Below, piece by piece: positions 23,290-35,021 of a DNA stretch of 64,000 nt. Under the pieces are notes generated by a model. It saw nothing but the letters and a program-made list of their open reading frames with translations. It was not told the DNA's origin and made no database searches. The number at the start of each line of letters is the position of its first letter. Position 1 is the first letter of the stretch. Both the position numbers and the translations under genes were made by a program. Origin of the DNA: Balanoglossus misakiensis (taxonomy: Eukaryota > Animalia > Hemichordata); contig CM082581.2 of assembly GCA_040954595.2 (NCBI GenBank), positions 2,410,699-2,474,698 of the forward strand, given 5' to 3'.

Positions 23290-26200
23290 ATGGCAAACAA
23301 AATACCGGTTATGAACTGGGAGTCGGACAATTTAACTGAATCCTTCGACCTATTTAATCATTGCCGCTACGCCAATACTTGAGTTCCAGAAAGAGCTGTT
23401 AACAAAACCTAAAAAATACACGCTCAATGAAGCCATAGCCCTCAGTAGAACTTATGAAGCCGCCGATGCGCATGTGTCTGCACTGAAGACTGTGGGGCAA
23501 GCAACGCCGCCTGAACCAGGAGAAGTTGTACACTCCGCCAGGGCGAAGGTGCATAACCACAAACAAAGCAAGCTGAAGCAAAACACAGGTGGGGAATGCA
23601 GAAACTGTGGCCTGGACCACCCGCCAAGAAAATGTCCAGCTTTCGGACAGGACTGCAGGAAATGTGGCAATCGCAACCACTGGGCAAAGAAATGCCGCTC
23701 TACCACCAATAAAAACACTCAACCAGCTGATCAGCATGATAAGAAAACGCATGACTATACCACATACCGAACACTGTTTGGCCCAAACCACAAGCCAGAC
23801 ACAACTGATATGCGTCTTAGCGGATATGGAGGCAAACGTTTCCCAAACCATGGGAAAGTAACTGTCCCGGTCATCGAGCATCAAAACGCCCGTCTACTTA
23901 ACGTCGTGTCCTTCATCTCAGAACAGGGGAACAACCTACTCGGCCTCAGCTTATGCGCCAAGCTAGGACTTGTGAAATTTCCCTGTGATAGACACAGCTG
24001 CTTTGAGAAATTTGATGTGAAAGAAATCGCATCGTACACCAGCAAGGAACATTTCATCAATGACAACGCTGATGTGTTCGAAGGTGTTGGCAAAATCCAA
24101 AATGAACACAAAATCCAGCTGTCTGATGGAGCAGTGCCCACAGTTAACGCAACAAGGAGAACACCCGACGCACTGAAAACCCCTCTCAGACAAGAACTTG
24201 ACCGTCTGATTGAAATCGGCGTCATCAGGGAAGTACAGGAACCGACTGAATGGGTCAACAACATTGTACTTGTCACAAAGGCTGACGGATCCCTACGCAT
24301 ATGTCTGGACCCACGCGAACTTAACAAGTTCATCAAACATCCACACTACTACGCGAAAACTCTTGATGACATTCTTCCAGAGCTGAAGAACGCAAAGTAC
24401 TTCTCAACACTTGATCTCAGAAGCGGATATTGGAATATCCCACTTGATGAGGAATCGCAACTCCTCACCACATTCAGCACTATATACGGCAGATATTGCT
24501 TCACACGCCTACCGTTTGGACTCATCTCAGCCCAAGAAGTATTCAAGATTGAGCTGGATCGGATTTTCCAGAAGGTCAGCAATGAATACTGCATAAAGGA
24601 TGACATCCTCATTGCTGCCGAATCCAGACAACAGCATGACATAGCCATACAAAATGTCATGAAAGCCTGCAGACAGAACAATGTCAAGCTCAACGGCGAG
24701 AAATGTCAGTTTAACAAAGACAGAGTTAAGCTGTTCGGACACATCCTGAGCAAAGATGGAGTATCGCCCGACCCATCTAAAGTGGCTGCAATCCAGAAAC
24801 TGAAAGCGCCAACAAACAAACAAGAGCTACAGTCACTCCTCAGTCTCGTAAACTACCTGTCAAAGTTCGTGAAGCTGAGTCCACTGACTGAACCACTCAG
24901 AAAACTACTACAGAAAGACGTCCTGTTTATTTGGTCTGAAAGCCACGACCAAGCACTACACAGGATAAATGCTATCACCAAAGCGCCAGTACTTACCTAC
25001 TTCGACGCCAGCAAAGAAATCGTGATCCAGTGTGATGCATCATGCAAAGGTCTAGGTGCTGTGTTACTGCAGAATGGCAAACCAATCCATTTCGCATCGA
25101 AAGCCCTCACCCCCACTGAGTCTAACTACAGCAACATAGAACGCGAGATGTTAGCTGTTGTGTGGGCAACGATACACTTCAAGCACTACGTGTTTAGTAG
25201 ACGTTATACCATTCACACCGACCACAAGCCACTATACTAGAAGCGATAGCAAAGAAGCAAATTTGCAAGATGCCAGTTAGGCTGCATAGACTGATTCTAC
25301 ACATACAGGGATACAAGTACGCTATCCATTACGTCCCAGGTCAGGACGTACCACTCGCCGACTGTTTTTCCAGATGCGTAGACACGAAGCAGACCACATA
25401 TCAGTTTCCTGATGTTGATGTTCATGTGCACGAAATTTCCACTATGAAGCCCTTTGTCATAGATCGGATCCGCCAACTGACTGACGCTGACTCAGTTCTT
25501 CAGTCATTGTCTGTGTACATAACAAACGGATGGCCGAAAGAGAAGAACCAGTGCAACGAAACAGCCCATGCATACTGACAGCATCGCTCTAAGGGTGTTG
25601 TGCTGAAAGGTCACAGAATCGTCATACCGTCCAGTATGAGTCAACACATCCTACAAGTACTTCACCAACAGCACCAAGGTGTCGAGAAAACCAGACTTCG
25701 AGCCCAACAATCAGTGTACTGGCCCGGTCTGAACGCAGACATCGAAAACATGGTACGCGACTGTAACCAATGTCAGTCATATCAGCGAAGCCAAACCAAG
25801 CTTCCAGTACAACCAATCCACAGCATTGAAGCCATGCAGACGATTGGCAGCGACTTATTCGAGTTTGAGTCATCTCAGTACCTGCTTAGCGTTGACTACT
25901 ACACAGGTTTCGTCTGGGCAAACAAGCTACCCAACACACGAAGCTCAACAGTCATCGGCAAGCTAGACGAAATTTTCTCCAATTTCGGCTACCCCGAGAA
26001 ATTGATTTCCGACAACGGCTCACAACTCATAAGTGAGGAATGATACCACGAGTACTGCAGATCCCATGAAATACGGTATTCCACCAGTGCACCCTATCAC
26101 CAACAAGCAAATGGGCGTGCAGAAAGAGGCACGGTGAAAGCCATGCTTAAAAGTCGCTCAAGAAAGGAGAGGAAAACCTAAGAGAAATCCTCACAACGCT

Positions 26201-28229
26201 ACGTGATACACCCATCACAGCAGACGTTCCGTCTCCATTCGCGTTGATGTTCCCCGGCAGAAAGGTGGAGACAAATCTTCCATTCATACAGTACTGGTAC
26301 GGTCATCAACCAGCCTCAGATGTCTACAGAGACAGAATCGAGCAGCGAGCAAACTCAAATGGAGGCAGGTATGTAAGAGGTCAAAACTCGGTAGTCTGCA
26401 CCAGGTTCTGGGCCAGGCGCATTTCATAAAAGGGAACTCTGCGCCATGTGTTTGCACCATGCATTCTGCGCCACCCTTTGCGCCAAGCGATCTGCGTACG
26501 TACGTGCATGTGTAGGATGGACGGCAACAACGCGGCGTCCCAGTGGAGCCTGGGTCTCGTTCGCGTTCGCCTCGCAGTCCTAGGGGACCATTGATGGACG
26601 ATCGATAAAAATAAAGCATGTAATAACGTTTTCAAACCCCGTGGTTTTGCCATGTTGAATGTATCATTTTTCTTGCGTCGTATTTCTCAATGCAAAATAA
26701 TTGTTAACTTGTTATTTGGAAAGAGAACGTAGACAATTTTATTCAGAATGCGGATGTGCCCATCGTAATTGAAGCTGCCAGCCCCTTAGAATGATACTAC
26801 TGCCTACACGTTGATCACCTGATCGCATCGCCCAGTCTCACTTGGCTATGGGCTACTGCTGTGATCTCAGGACGTCCTGTTCAAATTTCTGGCCGTGAAA
26901 TTGTTTTTCTCGGTGCATTTTCGCAAATCGTACTGTTTTATAGGTAGGCATGTACGATAAAGGGGTTATTACACGAATTTTGGTCGATAACGCGACGCAT
27001 TCTCGTGATGACATCACGTAAAGTGATCATTGCCACTTCGAACACCGACCCCTCAAATTCAACCGATCACTTCATTGAAAAGGTTGACATCATGTCTTTC
27101 ATCAAAAATTACCGCAACGATGTGCTAATTTTGGTTTTCCTGTCTTCCGAACAATAGTCAAGACGACGGTTTGTCAACACTTCGTTAGCAATTTACTGAT
27201 AAGCCATCCCTTGGCGAGGTGTGAATCTCTGTTGTAAACAATACAACCTACAGTGAGGCCACGTAGTGTCGACTAGGGCGGCGATTTATTAATCTTATCG
27301 GTGAATATTAATTATGACAGTAAAACATGAGTGACAACACTGAAAACGTCGACCCAGATGGCGACTCGCTATCTCACCGAAATCCAGAAATTGAAATCGA
27401 TGACCGAACGCCATTGTGCAGAAGCGATGTTCCCTAAAACAATCATCTCTCAACGGTTTTCTGAAGAAATAATAGACTGAACGTTGTTTACGAAGTTATC
27501 AGTAGTTTCCAGGAAACCAACTGTTCCTGTTAACCCATTCAGCCCGCGAACGAACTTGAATTTACTTTTTTTTTCTCAACAATTTTCAGAAATCACACGC
27601 TGTACAAAAGTTATTTTTAATTACCTTTCATTTGAAATAAACATGTAATGTACAAACGTGTATATTGTGCGTGTACTGGGACGCTGCGTTGTTACCGTCC
27701 ATCCTACACATGCACGTACGTGAATAGGGTGGCGCAGATCGCTTGGCGCAAAGGGTGGCGCAGAATGCATGGTGCAAACACATGGCGCAGAGTTCCCTTT
27801 TATGAAAATGCGCCTGGCGCAGAACCTGGTGCAGACTACCGAGTTTTGACCTCTTACATACCTCATGGAGGACATGCTGAAAAAATGCCACTCCATATTG
27901 GCTCCCCATGCAGATTTCAGAAGACACCAAAGTCAACCTGGCAACCAGCTACGGTGATTGACAAGTCATCTGATCGCAGATACACCTTCCGGACCCCGGA
28001 GGGAGTTCAATATCAGCGTGATTTAGTTCATGTAAAGCCCACGCACCAACCGCACCACAATGCAGCATCCAGCCGCACTGCAACTGATGAAACAGGTGAT
28101 CGCCAGCCAGATGTCAGATGCGCACTCAAGGCAGACACCGCTCAAGAAACACTTGCTCCTTGTTCTGTGGATCGCCCAAAGCGGAACAGTAAACTACCGA
28201 GCAAATTCGATGATTTTGTACTCTCGTGA
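23290..28229 (+). pseudogene. Gypsy gag-pol remnants (zinc knuckles, RT, RNase H, integrase)
   Basis: CRNCG..H...CPA...C.KC...NH knuckles; RICLDPRELN, LDLRSGYW, CIKDD; CDAS..GLGAVL, YSNIERE, TDHKPL; integrase H..HQG..C..C, VDYY, SDNG. Stops, deletions and a MITE insertion at 26366-27864. Confidence 0.9.
26366..27864. mobile_element. Non-autonomous DNA transposon with ~180-bp TIRs and 7-bp TSD (P-superfamily-like)
   Basis: TIRs (C/G)AGGTATGTAAGAGGTCAAAACTCGG... at 26366-~26545 and ~27675-27864. TSD ATGGAGG at 26359-26365 and 27865-27871. Excision restores the integrase frame RANSNGG-HAEKMPL. Confidence 0.85.
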
Positions 28230-29689
28230 ATCACCAGAGACCATTAGTTGTTGATGTTGCATTCTTGTTAAAACATTTCACAAAGCTGAAAATCTTGCAG
28301 TACATTTCACAGTGTTGGTGTTATTCCCAGTGTCAAAACTTTAGCGTTATTTGAACATTACAATGAACACTGTTTGCATGAATTCATAGACTGATAGGAA
28401 CTCTCAGTTGATAGAACATTATGGACTCTGTGTCTGAACATTTATCGCAATACACTTTTCACAAGTTTGCTATCCAGCTTAAGGAGGGGGATGTTATGAT
28501 ATGCCTATAACCCACTATAGCATACCACATGCAATGCTTGATAGAGCGCCCTCTAGCAGAGTTTATATGACATTGTAAGGTCATGTTTTTTCCCTGCGTT
28601 CATGGCTGCCATCTTGTACTAGCAGAACGTACAGTTGTTGTGTTCGTGTTCCAGTTGAAGTTTCTCATTAAAAGAGTTACACAAAACGTTACCTGATCTC
28701 ACCGAGTCAGTAAACATAACAGTGTCCAAATGAAAAGATACATCTGCGTCTAAGTCAAATTGCAAAAAGGTGTCAAAAGTGACAATTCTTATCATGTATG
28801 TCATCGAACTCAAACGATACAATCTTCCTTTCATGTGACCTGCCTGGTTAAAGTTTACTGACAACATTTCTCCATGTTTTACCCACCCCAGACACAGTGT
28901 GACAAATCCAATATTTGATACAGTGAATGAACCTTGAAGTTTCCCAATCGGTACTACCCCAAAACCTCACAGCAAGCTAAATGTGGAATTTGGATGGGGT
29001 GGGGAGTTGAAGCTAACCTAACATATAGTCGTTTAGATTGAACATTATGCGTGCGAGTTACGTATTAATATTTTCTGCATGTCTGCCGCGTACAGTGTGT
29101 CGGTGCGTGAAAATGATCACAGGTACCATTCCGAAGAATTCCACTGAATCATGATGACGATGTGCATGGAAAAATCCTGATTATGAACTATCTGAGAAAC
29201 AATAGCATGTTATTCATAAAATATACACATTATCCAATGAACGAACCATCATGATGAGTATACCCCGACACTTATTTAAGCTTTTATTATTATTATACCT
29301 TTGTCATTACTATCAATATTTACAGCCTGTACACCAAAGCTATCACCACATTTGTTAACCTTTATTACACCATTCACATAAAACCCTTCACCATCATTAA
29401 AAGGTATGTAAGGGTGTCGAAAATACAATAGTGAGGGGCCAAAGTGCGGAACATGCACAGTGCAATTATCTTTATTATACTCATTGTTTGGCCCATTATA
29501 ATCTGTGTACACTCAATTTTACCGCAAACCATCACCACATTTGTTAACTGTTTATTAAACCCTTCCACGTGTGTTGCCCATTATTATACCATTCACATTT
29601 GTAAACCAATCATCATACCCTTCATACAAGCAATTGCTGATTGCTGTTAACCCTTGTGTACCACAAGCCATCATCACGAAAAAGGCAAC

Positions 29690-30885
29690 ATGAATTTCAC
29701 ATAACACAGTTTGACAGCTCTGCAAATGAAGTTATCATGACCATTACCTATGCTAATTAAAAATGTTGTGTACATGGCAACATGACCTTAGCCGGCGCTG
29801 CGTTATTAAGCTCACTGTCAGAGTATTAATAAATGTACAGGCGTACAAATTAGACAACATCAATATAATGCACATAACACAGTTTGTCAACTCTGAGAAT
29901 ATTGTTCTCAGGACCATTTCCCAGGCTAAATAACAATGTTGTGTATGTGTTACAGTTTGGATTCCTTGTCAGATTTCCTATAACACAGTTTGTGAGCCCT
30001 GAGAATTCTCATAAGACAGTTCTCATGAACATTTCCCATGCTCAATAAATGTGTTGCGTGTGGCATAATTATTTTCCCTCTGCTGCGACATTTGTCTCCC
30101 TTTTAGAGTTTAAGTAAATGTGGAGACATGCAAATTAGGCAACATCAATATCCCGTACATAACTCAGTGTGTTTTGTTCACATTTTTGGTTTTCACTTTG
30201 AAAATGAACAAAGGACTTTCCTATCATTGAGCAACACTCCAAGTTAACAGTTGCTCAATATACAAGGTAACTTTATAGATCACTAAAACCATCTAGCATA
30301 CCTGGGTACCTAAATGTAGTGAGAATAAAGCACGTTGAGGTTGGTGCCCCAAACCTTCTTGAAGACAACTGGTTGTTAACAATTGTCAATTAGGCAACTT
30401 GAATATCCTACACATAACACAGTTTGTCAACTCTGAGAATACTGTTCTTAAGACTATTTCCCATGCTAAATAGAAATGTTGTGTGACAGTATGCGGTAAA
30501 ATGACATTCCCATACATTGCCTTATTTAGCTCATAATCAGAATTTCAGTAAATGTAGAGACATGCAAGTTTAGCAGCTTGAATTTCCCATAACACTGTTT
30601 GTGAGCTCCGAGAACACAGTTCTCATTAACATTTCCCATGCTCAATAAAAGTGTTGTGTATGTTTCACAATGATCTTTTTATAGGCAGCCTTGTTTAGCT
30701 ACTACTAGAATTCAAGTAAATGTGGAGACGTTCAAGTTAGGCAACATCACTATCCCATACATAGCACAGTTTGTAAATGTGAATACGTCCATATTACCCA
30801 ACTTGAATTTTACTTAAACAATTGGTCAGCTCTGCGAATATAGTTCACCTGACCAATTCCTATGCTAAGTAAGAGTGTCGTTTAT
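29690..30885. repeat. Old, diverged tandem repeat (~175-bp unit)
   Basis: ATAACACAGTTTG...CTCTGAGAAT...TTCTC...CATTTCCCATGCT motif at ~29701, 29874, 29979, 30413, 30588 and 30761. Confidence 0.75.
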
Positions 30886-31413
30886 GTAATAATATTAATA
30901 TTTAAATGGCAACACTACTATCACTAACAAACTAATAAAACAGACACAAGTGTTGGGGGTAAAGGTCAACTATTTTAATTTCTCATGTTGACCGGCTAAA
31001 TAGCCTGAAAAACCGCCAGAACAGGAATTACAGAATGCAGAGGCGAAGCATGTAACACTAAAAGCGCTTCTAACGATAAAGCTCTTAACTTTTAATAACA
31101 TTATCGTATTTTTTTAAACAATGGGAGGGAGGGTGGGGAATGTCCGCTGTCCGTCTGGGCAAAAAAACCACGAGGTAGCCTCGTCCCAGGACCAACTCCC
31201 ACATCCTCGATCCCAGCTCCATTTAAACTCCAATAAAACAAGTGTTATTGTACACTTAAATGGCAACACTACTATCTTTAACAAACTAATAAAACAGACA
31301 CAAGTGTTGGGGGTAAAGGTCAACTAGTTTAATTTCTCATGTTGACCGGCTAAGTAGCCTGAAAAACCGCCAAACAATACCCCCAACACAGGCAGTGCGT
31401 GCTAGCGCCCTTA

Positions 31414-32409
31414 CTAATCTGATAAGGCTAACGCCAGGGATTTGGCGACTCTACATTTGGTTTCCGAGGAAATGACAGTATAGCGTTTGAAGGCATTTGA
31501 GCTCCAGCCGCCTTGTAATTTGATGAGAAGAGGGGGAATACCCAAGTTCACCGCAAATGTTGCCCCTCCCCTGCGAAATGAATGACCCGAATACAGGGAT
31601 GGTTTGTAGCCACAATTGCTCAGGACTAGTCTGAGTGTCTTTGTAAACTTTGAATGAGTGAGAACCTGAGGGCAGGATGTGGGTGCATTGACTGATGGTC
31701 GATATGAAAATAAATGGGTATGAGGTTCCTCTGATGGGGAGAGATGAAGCATCTGGTGGAAAGCTGCCACCGGACATAGGCAGGAGTTGGCAATTTGTTG
31801 AAGGGGCAACTCTAGTACTCGTTGGCCATACTGGATAGTTTTTGTGTGGCGGACCGTAATGGTAGCCAGACCGTTGTGAACGGACACATCATCTCTGCGC
31901 AAGTACTTACTGGAATTTGGCAGTGTTTGATCTTTTAACAACAATGTGGACTTTCTGGCGAAGGTGAAAAATGCGAAAAGACAAGCGCACCAAAATGTGG
32001 CATTGAAGGGGATTGACAGATCCAGGTGTGAGTGAATGTCCTTCAGTATTGAAGGCGAGATTGGCAGTTTTTGGCTGGGTGGGACCCTGTGAGTCCTAGC
32101 TATGCCCCGCTTCAAAATACAAAGGAGCCAGTTGTTCTCTAAAGGGTTGGCGTAGCCAGCTTCAGCATGTAAGAGTCTAATAATGTTCAAATATCCTGGG
32201 AGGCTGCTAGGTTTTAGTGACCGAGCCAGGAAGACAATGTATCTGCAGACGGTGAGTTGCGTGCAGGGCACAGACCTGAGGCCGAAGTAGAGACAAAACC
32301 GGAGGTAGGCAGTACGTTGAGAGCTGTATGTTTTCTTTGTTGATTCTGCATATGCTGTGTGCTTGTATTTGCCGATGTCCATATCCAGCTGGTGTAACTG
32401 TTGCTGCAC
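31414..32409 (-). CDS. Tyrosine recombinase of the Ngaro element
   Basis: AFFTFARKS (catalytic R), RHTKT (K), LCPV, YSGHSFRRGGAT (HxxR), GGWSSNAFKRY (W, catalytic Y). Confidence 0.93.
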   Translation of the reverse strand: MQQQLHQLDMDIGKYKHTAYAESTKKTYSSQRTAYLRFCLYFGLRSVPCTQLTVCRYIVFLARSLKPSSLPGYLNIIRLLHAEAGYANPLENNWLLCILKRGIARTHRVPPSQKLPISPSILKDIHSHLDLSIPFNATFWCACLFAFFTFARKSTLLLKDQTLPNSSKYLRRDDVSVHNGLATITVRHTKTIQYGQRVLELPLQQIANSCLCPVAAFHQMLHLSPSEEPHTHLFSYRPSVNAPTSCPQVLTHSKFTKTLRLVLSNCGYKPSLYSGHSFRRGGATFAVNLGIPPLLIKLQGGWSSNAFKRYTVISSETKCRVAKSLALALSD

Positions 32410-33003
32410 AGGCCCTGAAGTAGAAGAGAGTAAGAAGCATCATATGGCGATACCAATCTCTTAGCGGGTGTAGCTGGTGATTGGCGAGAAGGTTCACTGC
32501 TGTGAAGTAGTGTTTGGCAGAGTGTAAACGCGATAAGGAGTCTGCGCTGTTGTCCTTGGTGCTCACGTATCGGGCTGTGATGTGGAAATTAAATAGTGCC
32601 GACAGCCAGAACAACTCGCGAAGCCATTCCATAGCCGCTTTGTTGCGGGATGTACCAGAGTTAATGGCGTACATGGTTGTGGTATTGTCTGTATATACCA
32701 CTATGTGGCGTTTGTCCCAGAAACAACACCATCGCCTGCATGCAATCAGGACTGTATACAGTTCCTGTAAGTTGATGTGCATGTCTGCCAAGATAGGGTG
32801 GTCGGCCGACCACTGTGTATAAAACCAGTCATTCGCGAAAATACCTGCTCCCGCTATTGCGCATGCATCAGTGGTGAAAACCTGTTGGGGCAACGGAGTC
32901 TCCTCTATGAAGAAAGCCGTACCATTGAAAACTTTGCTCAGATTTGTCCACCATTGGATGTCCGCTCTCGCGTGCCTGTGAAGGCGTATGTGATGAGACT
33001 GCT
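32410..33003 (-). pseudogene. Ngaro pol, C-terminal RNase H part (downstream of the insertion)
   Basis: SHHIRLHRHARADIQWW, TTDAC, HINLQEL, YTDNTT, KDNSADSLSR: DIRS-type RNase H motifs. Confidence 0.88.
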
Positions 33004-33038
33004 CACGTCTGTTTGAGGGCGATATACTAGTTGGAGTA
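33004..33038 (+). repeat. Left (3') TIR, short form
   Basis: CACGTCTGTT-TGAGGGCGATATACTAGTTGGAGTA. Confidence 0.9.
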
Positions 33039-33544
33039 ATAGACTTATTTGCGCGCGAACAAACAGACAATTCAAAATGGCGGCGTCCTCTTGCCATCAC
33101 TGTGCCTGTGTGTACGTGTGTATATTGCGGTTCGTAGTCCTTGCATTTCAAGGGCATGTTCACTTTTAATTGCTTGCTTTTGCATAGGTAAAACAGCAAG
33201 CATACAGAAACATAGGTAGTGAAGTGTGATGATTGTTTCCTTTTTTGAAAACGGATTAAGAAAGTAAGTTCTGTCACTATCATAGAACGTTGTCCTGACT
33301 CATATATTCCACTGGAAAATGAAAACCTTATAACAAAGTGCGACAGTCGTCATAGTAGAAAGCAGGTAGTTGCTACACCAAATGACATCGTTGGTTCTTG
33401 CAGTTTCAGTGCATGCCTCGATTTATTTTACCATTGTTCTGATACGCCCAGAATAGAATTTAATCTAATGTACTTTTACATGATGCATGAGTAAACAAAC
33501 ATGCAGTTGCACTAGTGACCTTACATATCGGATGACTCTGTATG

Positions 33545-34600
33545 TGTTATGTTATTGACTATTATTATTCGGAGACTGTGGGGTGGATCGATGACCAGGA
33601 CTGACTATTGCAAGTAACTCAACACAACATTTATTCAGGGTAGATGTGCGCGACTGTGCCGCACAGTCCGCCATGAAACAGCAAGAGAGCGAAGTAACAG
33701 CAGGGTTACATGCACTAGAAATCAGGGCGCGAGCGAGGGCGCTATAGCAAGGATAGCTGACACAAGGTGATAACACAACATCCCCCTTTGTAAGAAAAAG
33801 TGACAGAACACAGTTTGGCAAAATCTGAACTTGTGAATGTCAATAACAATGTCTTTCAACGAATGAACTCATAACTGAAGTGTCACTGATTGAGCTCATG
33901 AGAGTTCACAAGTCTAGGCGCTCTGGTTTCCTAATCGTACGCTGTGAACGACGTAACGCGGGTGCTGCAGTAGCGGTGTTGTTTTCCTTCGTGGGTGTGG
34001 AGTTTGCAGTGCTGGCTGGTCCCGGTACATCTATAGCGATGTCGTTGTCGTGACGGCGCGTACGTAGGTCTTCATCACGGAAGATCTCTGCAGTAGGCCT
34101 GATGTGGCGTCGGTTACGCCTGTATACACCTCGCGATGTCTCTACTGTATAAGATCGCGGTTCGGCGGTGCGCGTGATGATTTTGCCTGGTTCCCATGTC
34201 TTGTTGACGGGGTGTTGCACACGAACGGATTGTTGCGGCTTCAACTCGGACAGGGGACGGTTGCTCTCGAAGCGTTTTGTGGACACGTCTTGACGGTGTT
34301 GTAATGCGTCGCTATGGCGGCTCGCATTGTGTGGCATCCTGCCCGGTAGGTTTGACTTGTACGTGCGTGAATTCAGCATCTCGCAGGGCGACGGCAAGTT
34401 GTGATCAATCGGCGTTGTGCGCAGACAAAGCATAGCTAAATGCGGATCAGTGCCTGTCTCGCGGGCTTTCGTGAATAGATCTTTCACCGTATCGACCTGC
34501 TTCTCGATGAAGCCATTGCTGGACGGGAAGTGAGGTGAACTCGTGATGTGTTCAAATCCGTAATTTCTCGCGAATTCAAGGAATATACCCAATGTACCCA
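33545..34600 (-). mobile_element. Gypsy 3' fragment (integrase C-terminus, PPT, 3' LTR) inside the RAG1-related transposon
   Basis: ORF 33906-34601 with HITSSPHFPSSNGFIE, LRTTP, SPCEML, RRNRRHIR. PPT AAAGGGGGA, then LTR TGTTGTG (33780) to CATAACA (33545). The 5' part is absent. Confidence 0.85.
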
Positions 34601-35021
34601 ATGTATTTTGGACTCTGATTTCATAGGTAAATAAATGATAATAACTGTACTTATGTGTCTCATTTCAATTATTATTAGACTTTATTCAAACCCAATTGAC
34701 TGCTGAGTGATATTCTCTTGTGACTCAGAGTATTTACACTAAAAATAGATAAAGGCAGATATATAGAAGGCAAATGGATACAAGTTCTTGGCAGAGAAAC
34801 CACGATCACACCAACACTATATTTGTTAGCCTATTGTGGTGTCAAACAAGCAAAAATTTACTTGCTGTATAAATGTAAGGGCCTGCTTTATTAGTTGAAA
34901 ACAGCAATTCTACATATGTATATACAGGTTGTCCTTGTACAGACATTCTAATTAGTAATTTGTTTTTCCACTCATACATGTGTACCTAAAGTTTACATAC
35001 TTGCATAAGATTCTTTGCTAC

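Larger units (their letters stand above)
22911..28721 (+). mobile_element. Ty3/Gypsy LTR retrotransposon with both LTRs, internally deleted and decayed
   Basis: LTRs 22911-23141 and 28492-28721 (TGTTATG...CATAACA, roughly 10 differences by eye). PBS TGGTGACCC (tRNA-Trp-like); PPT AAGGAGGGGGA at 28481-28491; imperfect 5-bp TSD ATGTC/GTGTC. Confidence 0.93.

Noticed and set aside
33004-33283. N-terminal extension of the 358-aa ORF 32207-33283
   Set aside because: It is chance read-through from the transposon end into the Ngaro RNase H; only the part below 33003 is real coding sequence.
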